The notes beneath the pieces are model-generated. The model ran no database searches. It saw nothing but the letters and a program-made list of their open reading frames with translations, and was not told the DNA's origin. Both the position numbers and the translations under genes were made by a program. A DNA stretch of 63,814 nt, counting the filler, from Folioceros fuciformis (taxonomy: Eukaryota), in NCBI GenBank assembly GCA_049999805.1. It is 13 parts of 13 records of this genome, joined end to end, with 100 filler letters (N's around TTAATTAATTAA, not from the genome) between each part and the next. Parts side by side here need not be neighbours in the genome. Positions count along the whole stretch, not along the records: positions 30,592 to 37,239 come from JBNGIO010002936.1; positions 37,340 to 43,110 come from JBNGIO010002937.1; positions 43,211 to 46,510 come from JBNGIO010002938.1; 10 more parts are not named here. One strand, 5' to 3'. Shown one piece after another: positions 34,182 to 46,610 of this stretch (position 1 is its first letter; each line of letters opens with the position of its first letter).

Positions 34182-34450
34182 GCTCTGATACCATAAAGGC
34201 TAAGTTAGGATCGCGAGAGATAGAGGCAGATTTGAAGAAAGGGTTATTTGCATTAGGTCGTGGGGCTGCTTAAAAAACATGTGAGGGCGACCGTTGGGAT
34301 TGTGTCCCTTGAACGACGTCGGTTTGGTTTAGGGTGCGACCCTTAGCGGCACCGATACGAATCTATTGATTCGTATTTGGTGCCATTAACTATTTAGCCT
34401 AATTTAATTACTTAAGTAATAACCTAATGCTGGCTATACTCACATTAACA
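34182..34450 (-). repeat. tRNA-iMet PBS (34182-34193) and copia 5' LTR (~34194-34450)
   Basis: TGGTATCAGAGC on the minus strand; LTR start is TGTTAA (34450) or TGTGAG (34444), at the junction with LINE sequence. Confidence 0.75.
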
Positions 34451-36775
34451 GGACCATGATAGAGACGCCTCGCCTCGTTCCTGAATCATAATCTCCAGGG
34501 TTAGTACTAGCTCCTTCCTCTACCGCTCTCGCCCGGACCCACATTGTCCGCCCTGGTAGAAACAACTTTTTTCTTCGTTGTATGTGGTCTGCCGAAAGTT
34601 TGTGTTCCTGAAAGACAAACCACATCCCAGGTGCTGTCCTCTCACAGGAGATGCTGCAACCTGCGACACTTAGAGGCGGATTTTGACCAACCGCCCAAAC
34701 TTCTCACATTCCAAGATAGGACCCATAAGTGGCCCCCCCGCTCGTACTTCCCCATCTGGTCAATATCCATCACCAGTGTCTTGCTTGTTCAATAGCCTTT
34801 GAATTGCATGGGGTTTTGATGCTCAGTCGATGCCGACGCCCCCCATTCCAGCTTGAGGACTATTCGGCTTGAGCTCTTGCATCTTCTTATGTAACCGCTT
34901 TGATTTCCACACGGCCGAGACCACCCTTCCTTCATAAGTTAGAGCTCCCTGGCTTCCCCTTCCTTCTAGGAGCAGAGTCTTCCCAGCGTATGTTTCCATC
35001 CATGGGGCTGATAGGACCCATCGCCACTCTGCCTTTAAAGGAAGCGCCAAGAGATTAGCTTCCTTAAGTTGAATGTCCACCACTTGGTGATCGCGTGACA
35101 TGTACACACCACTATAGAACTCCACTTCCTTCCCCTCTTTGCTCGTTAATACACCTCCAGATGCCAGCATCCTGAAAATCTTCTCTTTTAATGTGCGAGA
35201 GGGCTTTGCAAATATGGACATAGGTGCCACTTCTCCTGCTGGACAAACCATGGCTAGAAATTGTTTTATGCCTCCCATCTTCCTTTCCACTAACACCCGA
35301 ATCTGACTCGCATTCACTAGGTAGGCTGGCACGTTTGGGAGTTTGTCTACGATGGGAAGGGAAGACTTTATCTAACTGGAACTCCCTTCCCCCACCCCAG
35401 AGCACCTTGGCTGGCTTCAATGGTTGTCCTCAACATTAAAGCCAAAGGTTGTCCCCTCCTCTTCAGGGAAGACTGCCAGCACTTCATGCCAAATTGGCTT
35501 AGATTCCTCATCAGCACAGGGGGTAGAAAACAGTTCACCCTATGAGTCAGAAGAAACTATTGACCTGAGGCAATTACTACCCAAGGCCCCGCGTGTAGGA
35601 ACCTCATCACTGCCCTCCCTGGTGATGTCCCTGTACCAGACCTCTTGGTGGATAGTCCCCAAATGTGTCCTCCCCCCAAGTTTACCTTGATTGTGGTCTT
35701 GGCCCATCCTGCATACCCTTGCCTCTTTAAGTTCAGCTGGAGCCAGACCTTTATCAACTTTGATTTTCTTGCCTTCGGGTGAAGCCGCTGCCAGGACCAA
35801 CCTCTGCACCGCTTTGTTAAGAGCCTTCCTCACCACTGCCACAGCAAGTTGGTCTTGCCGCAAAGGAATTCCCAACAAGTCTTCAAATATGCGGGATCGT
35901 TTCCCTTTGCCCGTTTCGAGGGATGCGCTGGAGCTGATTGCCTGCATCCCCACAACCCCGGTCTCCTTCCTATTTGGAACACTGATAGGCCCTCCACAAT
36001 TCGTGATAGGATGTCCATTGTTGTATCTTCCGGGCTCAGGATGAATGAAGTTACCTTGGGGGAGGCTGGGCTGACCTAGGCCTAGCCTTCCAAGTGCCCT
36101 CCTTGTCACCGGACATTATAGCTTCGCCCGTCCTGCAGACTGAATGGCCTGGAGCAGACACACTATCACTGACAACCTCACTAAGTCGGGCTAGAGGCCC
36201 TTGAGTTTCCGGCTGGAGTATCTCCTGTGGTTCCACTGCACTCTTGCCACTAGGATCGCAGCCCAAGGGCCGTTCGGTCTCGCCGAAACCACTAGATAGC
36301 ACTGGACTTCCGCATCCAGAGGGTGTTTCTCCCCCAGCCGGTCCAAGTGCTCCCTTCTGCTCCAAGCATGAGGTCTGGAGCCGACTCGAGAACAGCTCTT
36401 CGCCGTTTGCCACAGCTTCCTGCTGCGCATTTGGCATCTTGCTACACTCGGCTTTAGAGAACTCATCGTAGCCTCCTTCCATGTGGATTCCCCTCCCTGA
36501 TGGGGCGCGTGGAGCACCTCCAGGCGATTCATCCAGTAACATCTCAGCTGCTTCACCGGAGAGTCGGTGGACCGAATCTTGAGCAAAAAGGAAAATTCCT
36601 TGTTGGGGGGTAGGATCCCACCTCACCACCCGATCAGGAGCCTCAAGAGCCACTCTTCCATCTTCGCCATCCAGACTGCTTGGGACTGCATAATCCAGCA
36701 AGTCGACAACAGACCTATCCTCCTACTGCTCACTTGTTGAATCTGATCGACCACACCAACGCTCCCGAGACTAAT
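34451..36775 (-). mobile_element. Decayed LINE (L1-like): AP-endonuclease start of ORF2 plus putative ORF1 region
   Basis: Minus strand ~34730-34451 reads VLSWNVRSLG...WDVVCL/QEHKL...RGVSIMV. Upstream fragmented ORFs are assigned to ORF1 by position only. Confidence 0.7.
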
Positions 36776-37239
36776 TGTGGAGGCAAAACCCTAGGCACTG
36801 ATTGCCAACGAGTTCCACCTTTAGTGGCCACACTTATCCCACTATCGTTGAGACATTGGGTTCCGTTCCCACGAAGGAGCGATGGGGTTCTTTATTGCTG
36901 TGGAAGGAGGGTCGGACTCAATCGACTCGATGATGAATTCGAGGGCTCCCCTCCAACTCCGATTAGGTGTAGGACAGGCCTCACTGTCCAGCGGTCAGCT
37001 GCACCTCTCTCGGTGCCCACTAACTCACTCCAGTCACTACAATGACCCTAACCTCTCAGGTCTGCGACTTCCCTCACTCACTTCACTCGCTCTCTCACTC
37101 CAGCACCAACACCAGCAGCTAACAACAACACCACTAGACAAGACAAGACACATCCTTTACAACCAAGAGCTAGGGGCAAGCCCCTTCACCCTGGTCATTA
37201 CACCTTGTGATCCTACCAGACACTGTACAACCGGCAACA
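36776..37239 (-). repeat. LTR family A, partial and internally deleted copy
   Basis: Matches 11440 onward but lacks most of ~11800-11985; contig ends in the 41-bp array. Confidence 0.9.
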
Positions 37240-37894
37240 NNNNNNNNNNNNNNNNNNNNNNNNNNNNNNNNNNNNNNNNNNNNTTAATTAATTAANNNNN
37301 NNNNNNNNNNNNNNNNNNNNNNNNNNNNNNNNNNNNNNNGGGGAAGGCAGCTCAAACCCTTTTTTTGTGTTCTCTGGAATTGGGAGTGAGGATGAAGAAC
37401 ATTTTCAATGCCTTTGATTCCAGTGTTGCAGTTCATGGCGTAACTTACTGACTCACCAAGCTGCGTGTGTCACGCAACTGCTTTCAAACCCAGATTGCTA
37501 CAAGTCTTTGCTGCAATCTCTTCGAAACATAATCTTCCATTTTCTGGATATGGATTGCCCTCACTTGCAGCAGATTGTGCTGCAATCTGTGACATGCAAA
37601 GTAGTGGGAAACAACACTAGGATACAGGTACAAATGCTAAATGTGCAAGACGGAACCCCAAGCTTCAAGTGGGTGCTGGCCAAGCTCAGGACTCGGCTCA
37701 TCCCAACATTGCCCTAGCACGACAAATTCAGAATTTCTGTAATTAAATCCAAGAAAATAGAAGGGAAAAAGGAAACAGAAATTAAGGGGAAAAAGGAAGG
37801 GGAAGAAAAGGAAATGGGAAGGAATATAGGATACAAAATATGGCATAGGTATAAAATACAAATACAAACTATAGATATAGATAGGGGGGGGGGT

Positions 37895-38115
37895 GCATAT
37901 ATAGACTCCCAGGTGACCCCTCCACTATCAAAGGCCAAGGACCACCCAGCCACCCTGGACTCCTAGCCCGGTTACTAGTTCACCCAAAACCTCATGGTCC
38001 AAGGAGACCTTTGGGTATAAATACCCTGGTCTTATTCTCAGCCTAAGCCACTTTCTTCACCATGTTACAAAAAAAATCAAAGTCCATACATTCTGTCACT
38101 CAAAAAGGGGTTCGC
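37895..38115. repeat. Dispersed repeat shared with 54277-54560, probably gypsy internal non-coding region
   Basis: Shared blocks CATATATAGA, AAAGGCCAAGGAC, CTTTGGGTATAAAYACCCTGGTCTTATTC and CTCAAAA..GGGGTT. Confidence 0.7.
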
Positions 38116-38939
38116 ACATATTTTTTCCCTCTACACCCTCCTAATCCCACATGCACGTATACAGTCAATTTTAGCACACGGGCTCCATCCACATAAAGGC
38201 CAGGCACAAAAATGGCCTCATCTCAATATTGCAACACAATCCGACCCTCTGTTGCAAATGAAGTGCTTACCCCCTCCTCCCGTGGGCTACTCCGGACTGT
38301 CTGCCCTCTGCTCTCCAGTGGTACTGCAAGATCTTCCATCCCCCCAGCAACTGCTACTCCGTGCTCCGTCCTCCTGGTGCGAGTGGCCCTTCCAGACCTG
38401 CGGGTTGCAAGTTCCTGGACAGTTGCTTCTTCCACTACCTTGGTCTTGCTCTCCTCTACCGACATGGTCTCTCTCCAACCGGTAGCTTCTTCCACTACCT
38501 TGGATGGGCTCTCCTCTACCGGCGTGGTCTCTTTCCGACCGGTAGCTTCTTCAACTACCTCCGTTGTAGCTCAACTACCTCACCTGGCTCTACCCTTCCC
38601 CCTTTCACTCTGTTTCGGGCCTCATCCCGCTCCCGCTTGTACCTGTCCGCCAGCTTCTGCACTTTCTCCACTATAGACGCTGCTGTTCCTGGGCCCTCAG
38701 TAATTCATGTTGCATCTCTTGGTTAGTCCCATGGGCCTCTCTCACCTGAGCTAGGAGCAACTCTTGTTGCTCCTTCAACGTCTGCACTTCTCATGCTTGG
38801 CGGGCTTCCTCCTTTGCTTGCTCCTTGGCCGCGCTCAGAGTTTGCCGGATTTCTTCCAGGTGCTGCCGACTCGCTTCGGCCTCGACCAGCTTCTCCCGGG
38901 CCTCGGCCTCCTTCTCCCCCTGCATACTCAACCAGGTCA

Positions 38940-39170
38940 TGTTGCAGATAATTACAATATATATATAATACATTAGTTATGCATTGGGTTACACCTAAAA
39001 CGAAAGGGTAAACCCTAAATACAGTTATGTATCCATTTCACGGGTACAGGCTACATGCTCTTGAACCCCAGCAAATTTAGTCTAGTCCTTGTTGCAATGT
39101 TTTGGTGCGCGCTGAGTTTGATCTAAGAATTTGTCAGTGCATACCAAAAACTTAACTTGGTTTCAGAGCC
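38940..39170 (+). repeat. Copia 5' LTR (~38940-39157) and Met PBS (39158-39170)
   Basis: TGTTG start and TATA run; TGGTTTCAGAGCC has one mismatch to the iMet PBS. Confidence 0.7.
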
Positions 39171-39286
39171 GCAAGGCTCATTCCTTGATGCGCACATGGC
39201 AATTGTTTTTATAATCTATCAGTTATGACTTAATGGTGGGGTTCTTGGACCCTCCAACCAAGTAATCCCTAGTTCTCTCTGGAAGG

Positions 39287-39781
39287 ATGCCTCGCAGAAA
39301 TTTCTGTGCGCAATCCTGGCCAGAGACAAAGGGTAGAAGGGCACGCCACTTGATTGATTCGGAATTCGAAAGGAGGTACTTCAAGAAGTCTGCATCCGAT
39401 GCAGAGAAAGCTAATAGGGCCCAGTTCCTGAGCACCTTCCTTGACTCTTTTGCCTCAGCCTCTAACAGCCATAAGTGCGCATCTTGTGACAAACCTGTAC
39501 CAAGAAATAAGGGAGTTCAGTTCTATCGATCATCAGGTACTGAATACATAAAGAAACCAAAGGCTCAACCTGAGACGTTTTCAAAGCAGGAAGTAATTCT
39601 TAATTCAATTCTAAATATTAAGAGTACAATTTTGGAGTATACTACCAGGATTGATAACGTGTTGTCCAGGCAAGAGAAACTTGAGAGTCTTCATATTTCA
39701 GACCTGATGGCACTTGCAAAACAAGAGCAGGAGATTATTGAACTCAGGGAGCAATTAGCTCACCTGTCTAAAGCTTCCTAG
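39287..39781 (+). CDS. Extra 5' ORF (ORF0) of copia, intact 164 aa
   Basis: MPRRNFCAQSWP...HKCASCDKP...coiled-coil C-terminus; between the PBS and the gag ATG at 39812. Confidence 0.7.
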   Translation: MPRRNFCAQSWPETKGRRARHLIDSEFERRYFKKSASDAEKANRAQFLSTFLDSFASASNSHKCASCDKPVPRNKGVQFYRSSGTEYIKKPKAQPETFSKQEVILNSILNIKSTILEYTTRIDNVLSRQEKLESLHISDLMALAKQEQEIIELREQLAHLSKAS

Positions 39782-39811
39782 GAACTCTCACTGAAGTGGC
39801 TTGCAGGCACA

Positions 39812-41863
39812 ATGTCGGGTGCTACTGCTGACACATCGTCAGATAGGCTGCAAGAAAAGGACAGACTTACCCCAAATAACTATGATGCTTGGAGTTTTAG
39901 GGTGCGTTGCATCCTAGAAGAAAAACTGCTCATGGATGTGGTAGATGGCACTTTACCTAAGAAGGTTGCTGGAATGCCCTCTGGATTGACAACACCAGGA
40001 GGCACGGTTAAGAATTGGAACTTAAAGGACGAACTAGAGTGGGCGTCCAAGGACAGGAAGGCACATACCATACTTGTGTCTTCTGTCTCACAAGAGATGA
40101 TCCCTCATATAAAACTAACCCAGTCCTCAAACGAAGTCTGGTCACTTTTATCTGATACTTATGAGTCAAAAGACATGATGACTGAGGTAGCTGCAACATT
40201 GCACTTCCAAAATCTTTGCATGAAGGAGACTGACTCTGTTGAGAGTCAAGTTGCTAAGTTTAGGGCTGCTAGAGCCAAACTAGCATCTTGCGGAGTCATC
40301 CTCTGAGTCTAGGGCTACTATACAACTGCTAGCCTCCCTCCTTCCTAGTTATGAGCAATTCAGTTCCAATCAGCAAGCAACAGCAATTGTAATTCATGCC
40401 ACTACCACTCAACCTGCATCATCAAACCTCATTGTTCAGAAAGTTGTTGGAGCCATGTTACAGGCTGAAGCCAATAGGAAACATATGGAAAAGGGAGCAT
40501 CCTCCAGTTCCTACAAGCAGAGTGACATTGCCCTCTATTCTGTCAGAGGTCGAGGTAGAGGCAGGGGACGTGGACGAGGTGGCAGAGGGGGTTTTGGAAG
40601 AGGACGTGGATAGTCCTTCCAGCCCAACTCAAACTCCTCTTCATCAACCAAGCCTGGTAACTGCAATTATTGCAACAAACCATGACATTGGGTTAAAGAC
40701 TGTAGGAAGAGGATCAGAGACGAAGCAGCTAAAGGTAAGCACACATCATAATCAAATACAGCATAAGCAAGCACTCTTGGTCTACTGGCGGCGTGCCTTA
40801 TCTCATCAAAGAAGGATGTTAGAAATGGTTCCTTGATAATGGTGCCTCAAACCACAAGTGCTCAAAGAGAAAGTCATTTCTTACTGATGAGTCTTCCCTC
40901 GTTTGCCAGCAAATAGCAATAGTATTGGGAGATGATTCTACAATACCCATGAGGGGTTCTGGAACTATACAGATTACCTTGAAGGAAGGCAGTTTCCTGT
41001 TCTTAGAAAATGCTCTACATGTTCCAGCAATTGCTAAGAATTTGGTTAGTACAATGGCACTTGGAAAGACGAATCAATACAAGATGACTTTTGAAAGCAT
41101 AGAGTGTTACATTTCGAGGTTGCCAGCTCCAACTATTCCCATTGCACGAGGAAAGCCACTCTTTGATCTCGAGGACAAGATTAGATATTAGTAGGGCTGT
41201 TAGTAATGTTAGCCAATTCCTTGAGAACCCAGGAATGGAACACAGGACCATTTTAGGAAACCCTAAACCCTAAAAACCCTAAACCCGTGAAGAGAATATT
41301 TTGTTACTTGAAGGGCACACCTAGAAGAGGTCTCAGGTATACTAGGTAGCCAGATGGACTTGGGCTTTCTGCGTTCTGTGATGCAGATTGGGCAAGAGAC
41401 CCTGATACTCGCAAAAGTGTTGCAGCCTATTGCTGTTTTCTAGGGTAGTTCTGTGGTGTCATGGTCAAGCAAGAAGATGCCCACCATATGCCTTTCCAGC
41501 ACCAAAGCAGAGTATGGTGCTATGACACAAGCAGCTCGGGAGATCTTATGGATTCGCACTTTTCTCAAAGGTTTAGGCAAACTCCCAGCTGGTCCAACTT
41601 GACTATTCTACGACAATCAGTCAGCAATTGCTCTTTCTCGCCATCCTGTTTTTCACACGAGATCCAAGCATATAGAAATATCTCACCATTTCATACAACA
41701 AGCGGTTGACAACAAGGAGGTATTGGTAGAGTACATACCTATAGATGAGAATGTAGCAGATCTACTTACGAAAGCCTTGCCTAAATCCGTACATGAGAGG
41801 CACACATTCGCTGCTGGTGTACAGCAAATTCCAGCAGTGCTCAAGGCTGGAACAGCTCACTAA
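39812..41863 (+). pseudogene. Copia gag-PR / end of RT-RNase H; integrase and most of RT deleted
   Basis: LQEKDRL gag start, CNYCNKP*HWVKDC, WFLDNGASNH; jump near 41170 to VSQFLENPG, CDADWA and RSKHIEI; PPT-like AAGGGAG at 42075. Confidence 0.9.
41252..41286. repeat. Short interstitial plant telomere repeat insertion
   Basis: TTTAGG followed by AAACCCTAAACCCTAAAAACCCTAAACCC. Confidence 0.8.
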
Positions 41864-42101
41864 TTGCTAATAGTCTGTAACTTGGTGTAGGTGTAGCTTG
41901 GGGAGTAGTCTTGCTCTTTCACTTGTTACAAAGTGTTCTTCTTCCCTTTTTCCTAGGTCAACGTTTGTTTGCTCTAACTTTTCTTTGTCACTTTGTGGAG
42001 TGAAACTTGCACCCAAGAACCACCAAGGGGCCACACTTCCCCTTATTATCGTTGCAGTCTTATTATTCGCTCCCAAGGGAGTGAACTAATGTCAAGGTTA
42101 C

Positions 42102-43110
42102 CTACATCTCCCTAATCTCAGCGCCTGGCTCCAAGTTGATCTTGTGCTCCCCCCACTCTTTGGGAATTCCCTTCATGTCTGTCACCTCAAAGGCAAACAC
42201 ATCGATAAACTCAGGCAGGAGTTGCTTCATTCCCCCTTCCAATTTGGCATCCAGCTGTTTGGAAAACTTCAGCACCTTGCCTGGAAACACCTCTACATCC
42301 TTAATTTCATCAGCCTGCACCCATTCACGCTGCACGGGTGCAGAGCTGACTCCAAACCCTTCTTCCGGCTCTCGGGGATCTTCCTCCCTCATTCCCCATT
42401 CCCTGAATAGGTCTTCGGAGGTGAATCTAGTGACCTCTGTATCCTCACCAGCAAGCCCTTTAGACCTTGGGTCACAGTCCCCTTCCCTCATCTCATCTTC
42501 CTTCACACCCCTCTTGGCATGGGAGGCTTTTTCCTGGCCCTTCCCTTCAGCAACTCCAGCAGCCTGTCCTTCCACATTTGCTGCTTCAGCCCCTACCATG
42601 TTGCAGTCCAAGGTGATCCCAAAACACTCGACCCGGTTCAGGGTATAAGAAATATCCCTTCGGTAGTCCTCCTCTTCATCTGTCCATGATATGTGGGAAA
42701 AAGGGAATTTATCTTCCCCTTCCCCCTCCTCCAAATCAGTTGTGTCCCCCACGGACGTGTACCCCTCCGTGTCCGTTGGGGTCTCACCGAGGTAGACATC
42801 CCGGCTCCCGCTCAAACAAATCCTACCCTCCTTTGTCTTGGGGTTCCATTCAGGTGGTTTGAAAGCCACCTCCTTCCTTCCCCATGATAGCCTGCACCTC
42901 GATCCATACAGCCAAGTCCTGCCCAGCAAGATGTCGTAGCCTGGTGCCTTGTGTTGAATGACCACAAAATCGAGAAGGTAGGGAATGGTCCCTATGGTCG
43001 TGGTTACCCCTCTCAGCTCCCCCCCTGGCTGCATTCTAGACATATCGGCCAACCTCAAGACCTTGGTTGTGTGCTCGATCTCCAATCCGAGTTTCTTAGC
43101 GGTATCCTCC
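42102..43110 (-). CDS. Ty3/gypsy pol fragment (protease end, acidic linker, RT start)
   Basis: YDILLGRTWL; EFIDVFAF..DMKGIP...EHKINLEPGA; truncated without an LTR. Confidence 0.85.
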
Positions 43111-43382
43111 NNNNNNNNNNNNNNNNNNNNNNNNNNNNNNNNNNNNNNNNNNNNTTAATTAATTAANNNNNNNNNNNNNNNNNNNNNNNNNNNNNNNNNN
43201 NNNNNNNNNNGACTGGCGCGACTCTAGGCAGTGGCATCTTTCGCGCCCCTCCATCTCCTCTCACCAACCGGTGCACCTATTCCAATTGAAATCGCCCCGG
43301 ATGCTGGTGGACTCAAATCTCTAGGAGGGTCTTCCAAGCTTGTTGACCTCCGCACAGACAGAATTGCTGCTAGCACCTCTTC

Positions 43383-46300
43383 ATGGCTGAGAACACGGAT
43401 CCTCTTCCAGACTCTGTCACCAATCATGGTGTTGCTGGGGTCCTCTTTGGTGGACTAGCGGCATCAGAGGCTTCCTCTTCCCCCACTTTCTCCCTGTTTG
43501 ACGCGCTTGCAAGCTTTGCAGGCTCTACAGGGACACAGCCTCCCACGCGACCACCTTCAATTGAAGCCGCTGCATCCATTTCATGAGGGACTGGAGCCGC
43601 TGCTTCCACTTCCACCTCTGCGCCAGGCGCAAGGCCTTCCAATCCTTTGCCAACTCAAGGAGTTGGGCTTGGGAATCCTCTGCTTGGACAAGGAGTAGGA
43701 TTCGCCAACCCTCTGCCTTCTTTTAGAGCTGGATTAGGGAACCCCTACGCTGGATATGGAGGCGGACTTGGAGCGGGACTCCCCCCCCCCCTCTAAGACT
43801 GTTTGATGGAGGACTCGGTTACCCTGGAGCAGGACTTGGTGCTGGGTTAGGGGCTGGGTTAGGGGCGGGTCCCCTTCCAAATCCTTACCTACAAGTCCCT
43901 ACAGCAGGTGGCTTGCCCCTTCTCCCTCCCTATCCACCAGCCGGTGGTGTCGGCCTTCAACATTTGCTTCCCTATGCAGCACCGAGCTATCAACCTTCTT
44001 ATACAATTGAATTTAAGGAAAAAGATAGGTTTAATGGGAACAAGTACCCTATCTGGAGTGTCCGAATGCGAGCTGCTCTTGAAGCCTGACATGTGTGGGG
44101 AGTTGTGAGTGGGCAGCTCCAACAACCTGCTGTTACTGCCAATCAATTGGATAAGGAAAAATGGGACAAAGCCAACAATGTGGCATGCGCCTTGTTAATT
44201 AGTGGCCTTGATGAAGTTCTGGTGCCAAACGTTGCCTACCTGCCAAAGGCTAAAGACATATGGAACCAGCTTTCACAGACCTACGACGTGAAAAACATTC
44301 TCACCCTGGTAGTAGTTAGAAGCGAGCTCTTCTCTCTTCGCATGCGGGACAATGATAAAGTAGCTGTTTTTGTGGCAAAGTTTAGACACTTACGTTCTCA
44401 ACTTGCTTCACTTGGTTCCCCCATGACCGAAGTTGATGCAGTCACACAGCTGTTGACCAGCCTGCCCAATAGTTACCAGCCTTTTGTCTCGAGTTATGGA
44501 GCATCATTAAGACATGTTGCCAAGGCTATGGCTGCAGGACAACTTGTACAGATCAGTTTCAGAGACGTTATTGGGGCTTTGTTTCAGGAAGAGCAGACAC
44601 GTATAGGCTCTCATTCCAACTCTGGCCGAACTAAAATGGACAAGGTGCTTTACAACTCTAAGTCACGGCCTCCCCACACAAACAATAAACACAAGACTAG
44701 AAACTCATTTGCAGCTAGCCCTTCGAAAGACTCGAAACCAAGTCAAATCAAACGCACTGGCTCCAGCAACTGGTGCAAATATGCTGGTCATTGGGAGCAA
44801 GAATGCTGTAAAAAGAAATTTGGAGACCCTAAACGAGCTGATCAATCCCAAAAGGGGGCTGCAGCTCATGCCGTTTCCAAGGCCAGGCCATCTTCAGGCC
44901 AAACTTCCGGTAAGCAGCCGGTGGTAATGACAACTTGCTTGTCTACTTCCTCCAAGGTAGATAACTCCTAGTACTTGGACTCCGGAGCAACGACGCATAT
45001 CTGCCACAATCGAAGCTTGATTAGCAACTTTGTTCCTCTTCATACCTCTGAGAGGGTGCTGCTAGGTGACGAGCTCATCCGTTCAAGTCTAAAGATTTTG
45101 GGCAACGGTTCCTGTTACTTTTAGAACTCCAATGGCCGATGTTTCCAACTTGACGAGGTCCTTTATGTCCCTGACATGGCTAAGCTTTTGCTATCTGTTA
45201 GTCAGCTTTTACGGTTAAGTGCCTACACACTCACCTTTACCTCCACTGGCTGCAACATTTTTCAGACAGGTTCTGTTAAGTCGCTAGTTGCCCAGGGCCT
45301 CTTAGAGAATGACCTTTATCATCTTGGCATGCAATGCGTCCCTACCCGCAACATTCACCTGGTTGCTAAGTCCCAGCGAGTTTTAGCACAGCTTTGGCAT
45401 GCCAGATTAGGTCATGCCAACCAGGACAAGCTGATCCGTATGTCTATCCTCGATTGCTATAGGAAGCCCTTACCTAAGTGTTTCAAAGAGCTACCTACCT
45501 ACACTTCCTGTATTGTCGCTAAGCAGAAAGAGCTTCCTTTTCCCTCTACCCCTACATATCGAACTTCCACGCTTTTAGAACTTGTCCACGCTAACACTTC
45601 TGGGAAGATCCATGTGGCATCACTCGGAAGTTCTCTTTATTATCTGACCATCACCGACGATTACAGTTGGTACTCTTGGACATTCCCCATGAAACGGAAA
45701 TCGGATACCTTTCAATATTTCCAAGAATGGCTGGTCATGATTCAACGCCAAACAGGTTGCCTTCTTCGCTGCATCCAGTCTAACAATGGGACTGAATTTG
45801 TGAATTCACCTTTCAATGAATATCTGGCAGCACTGGGTATTACTCGTTAGCTCAGCATTCCATACACTTAGGAACAGAACGGCGTCGCTGAGCGTAAGAA
45901 TCAGACCTTACTTGATATGACGAGGAGCATGCTTGCCTGGTTTGGATTAAGCAAGGCATACTAGGCAGAAGCGATTGTCACCGCTACTTATATTTTAAAT
46001 AGACTCCTTACCTCTACTATGCCTGATCGTACACCCTTTGAAGTCATGTGGAAACGCAAACCTAGCCTTCTTCACCTTCGGGTTTTCGGGTCCCCGGCTT
46101 ATGCTCTCATTCATGCTGCCCAACGCAAGAAACTAGATGATAGGGCCCGTCCCCTTATTTTTGTCGAGTATGGCGAAGAATCTAAGGCCTATAAACTCTA
46201 TGACCGGCTTACTTGCAATCTAGTTTTTGCCCGCAGCGTTAGCTTTCGGGAGCTCGTTAACTCTGCCCCTTCCTCTGACGGGCTTGCTCCTGAGTCCTCT

Positions 46301-46510
46301 TTCGACCAGCCTGAGTTCGATTCTTATCCCTCTGAGTATTCCCAGGATGCTTCCTATGAACTATCCCCTGCCCTTTTTCCTGTGGCAGTTGGCAGTTCAG
46401 GGGGTGGAATTACTAAGCAGCCTGGAATTGCAATACAGTCTGGACAACCATCTGGATTTCAAGCTCCATCACCTGCCCATACTATTGACTCACAGTCACA
46501 GCCAACCTCA
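43383..46510 (+). pseudogene. Copia gag-PR-integrase pseudogene with Gly/Pro-rich N-terminal extension
   Basis: FKEKDRFNG, NWCKYAGHWEQEC, *YLDSGAT, WHARLGH, NNGTEF and QNGVAER; closely related to 51482-54176. Confidence 0.92.
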
Positions 46511-46610
46511 NNNNNNNNNNNNNNNNNNNNNNNNNNNNNNNNNNNNNNNNNNNNTTAATTAATTAANNNNNNNNNNNNNNNNNNNNNNNNNNNNNNNNNN
46601 NNNNNNNNNN

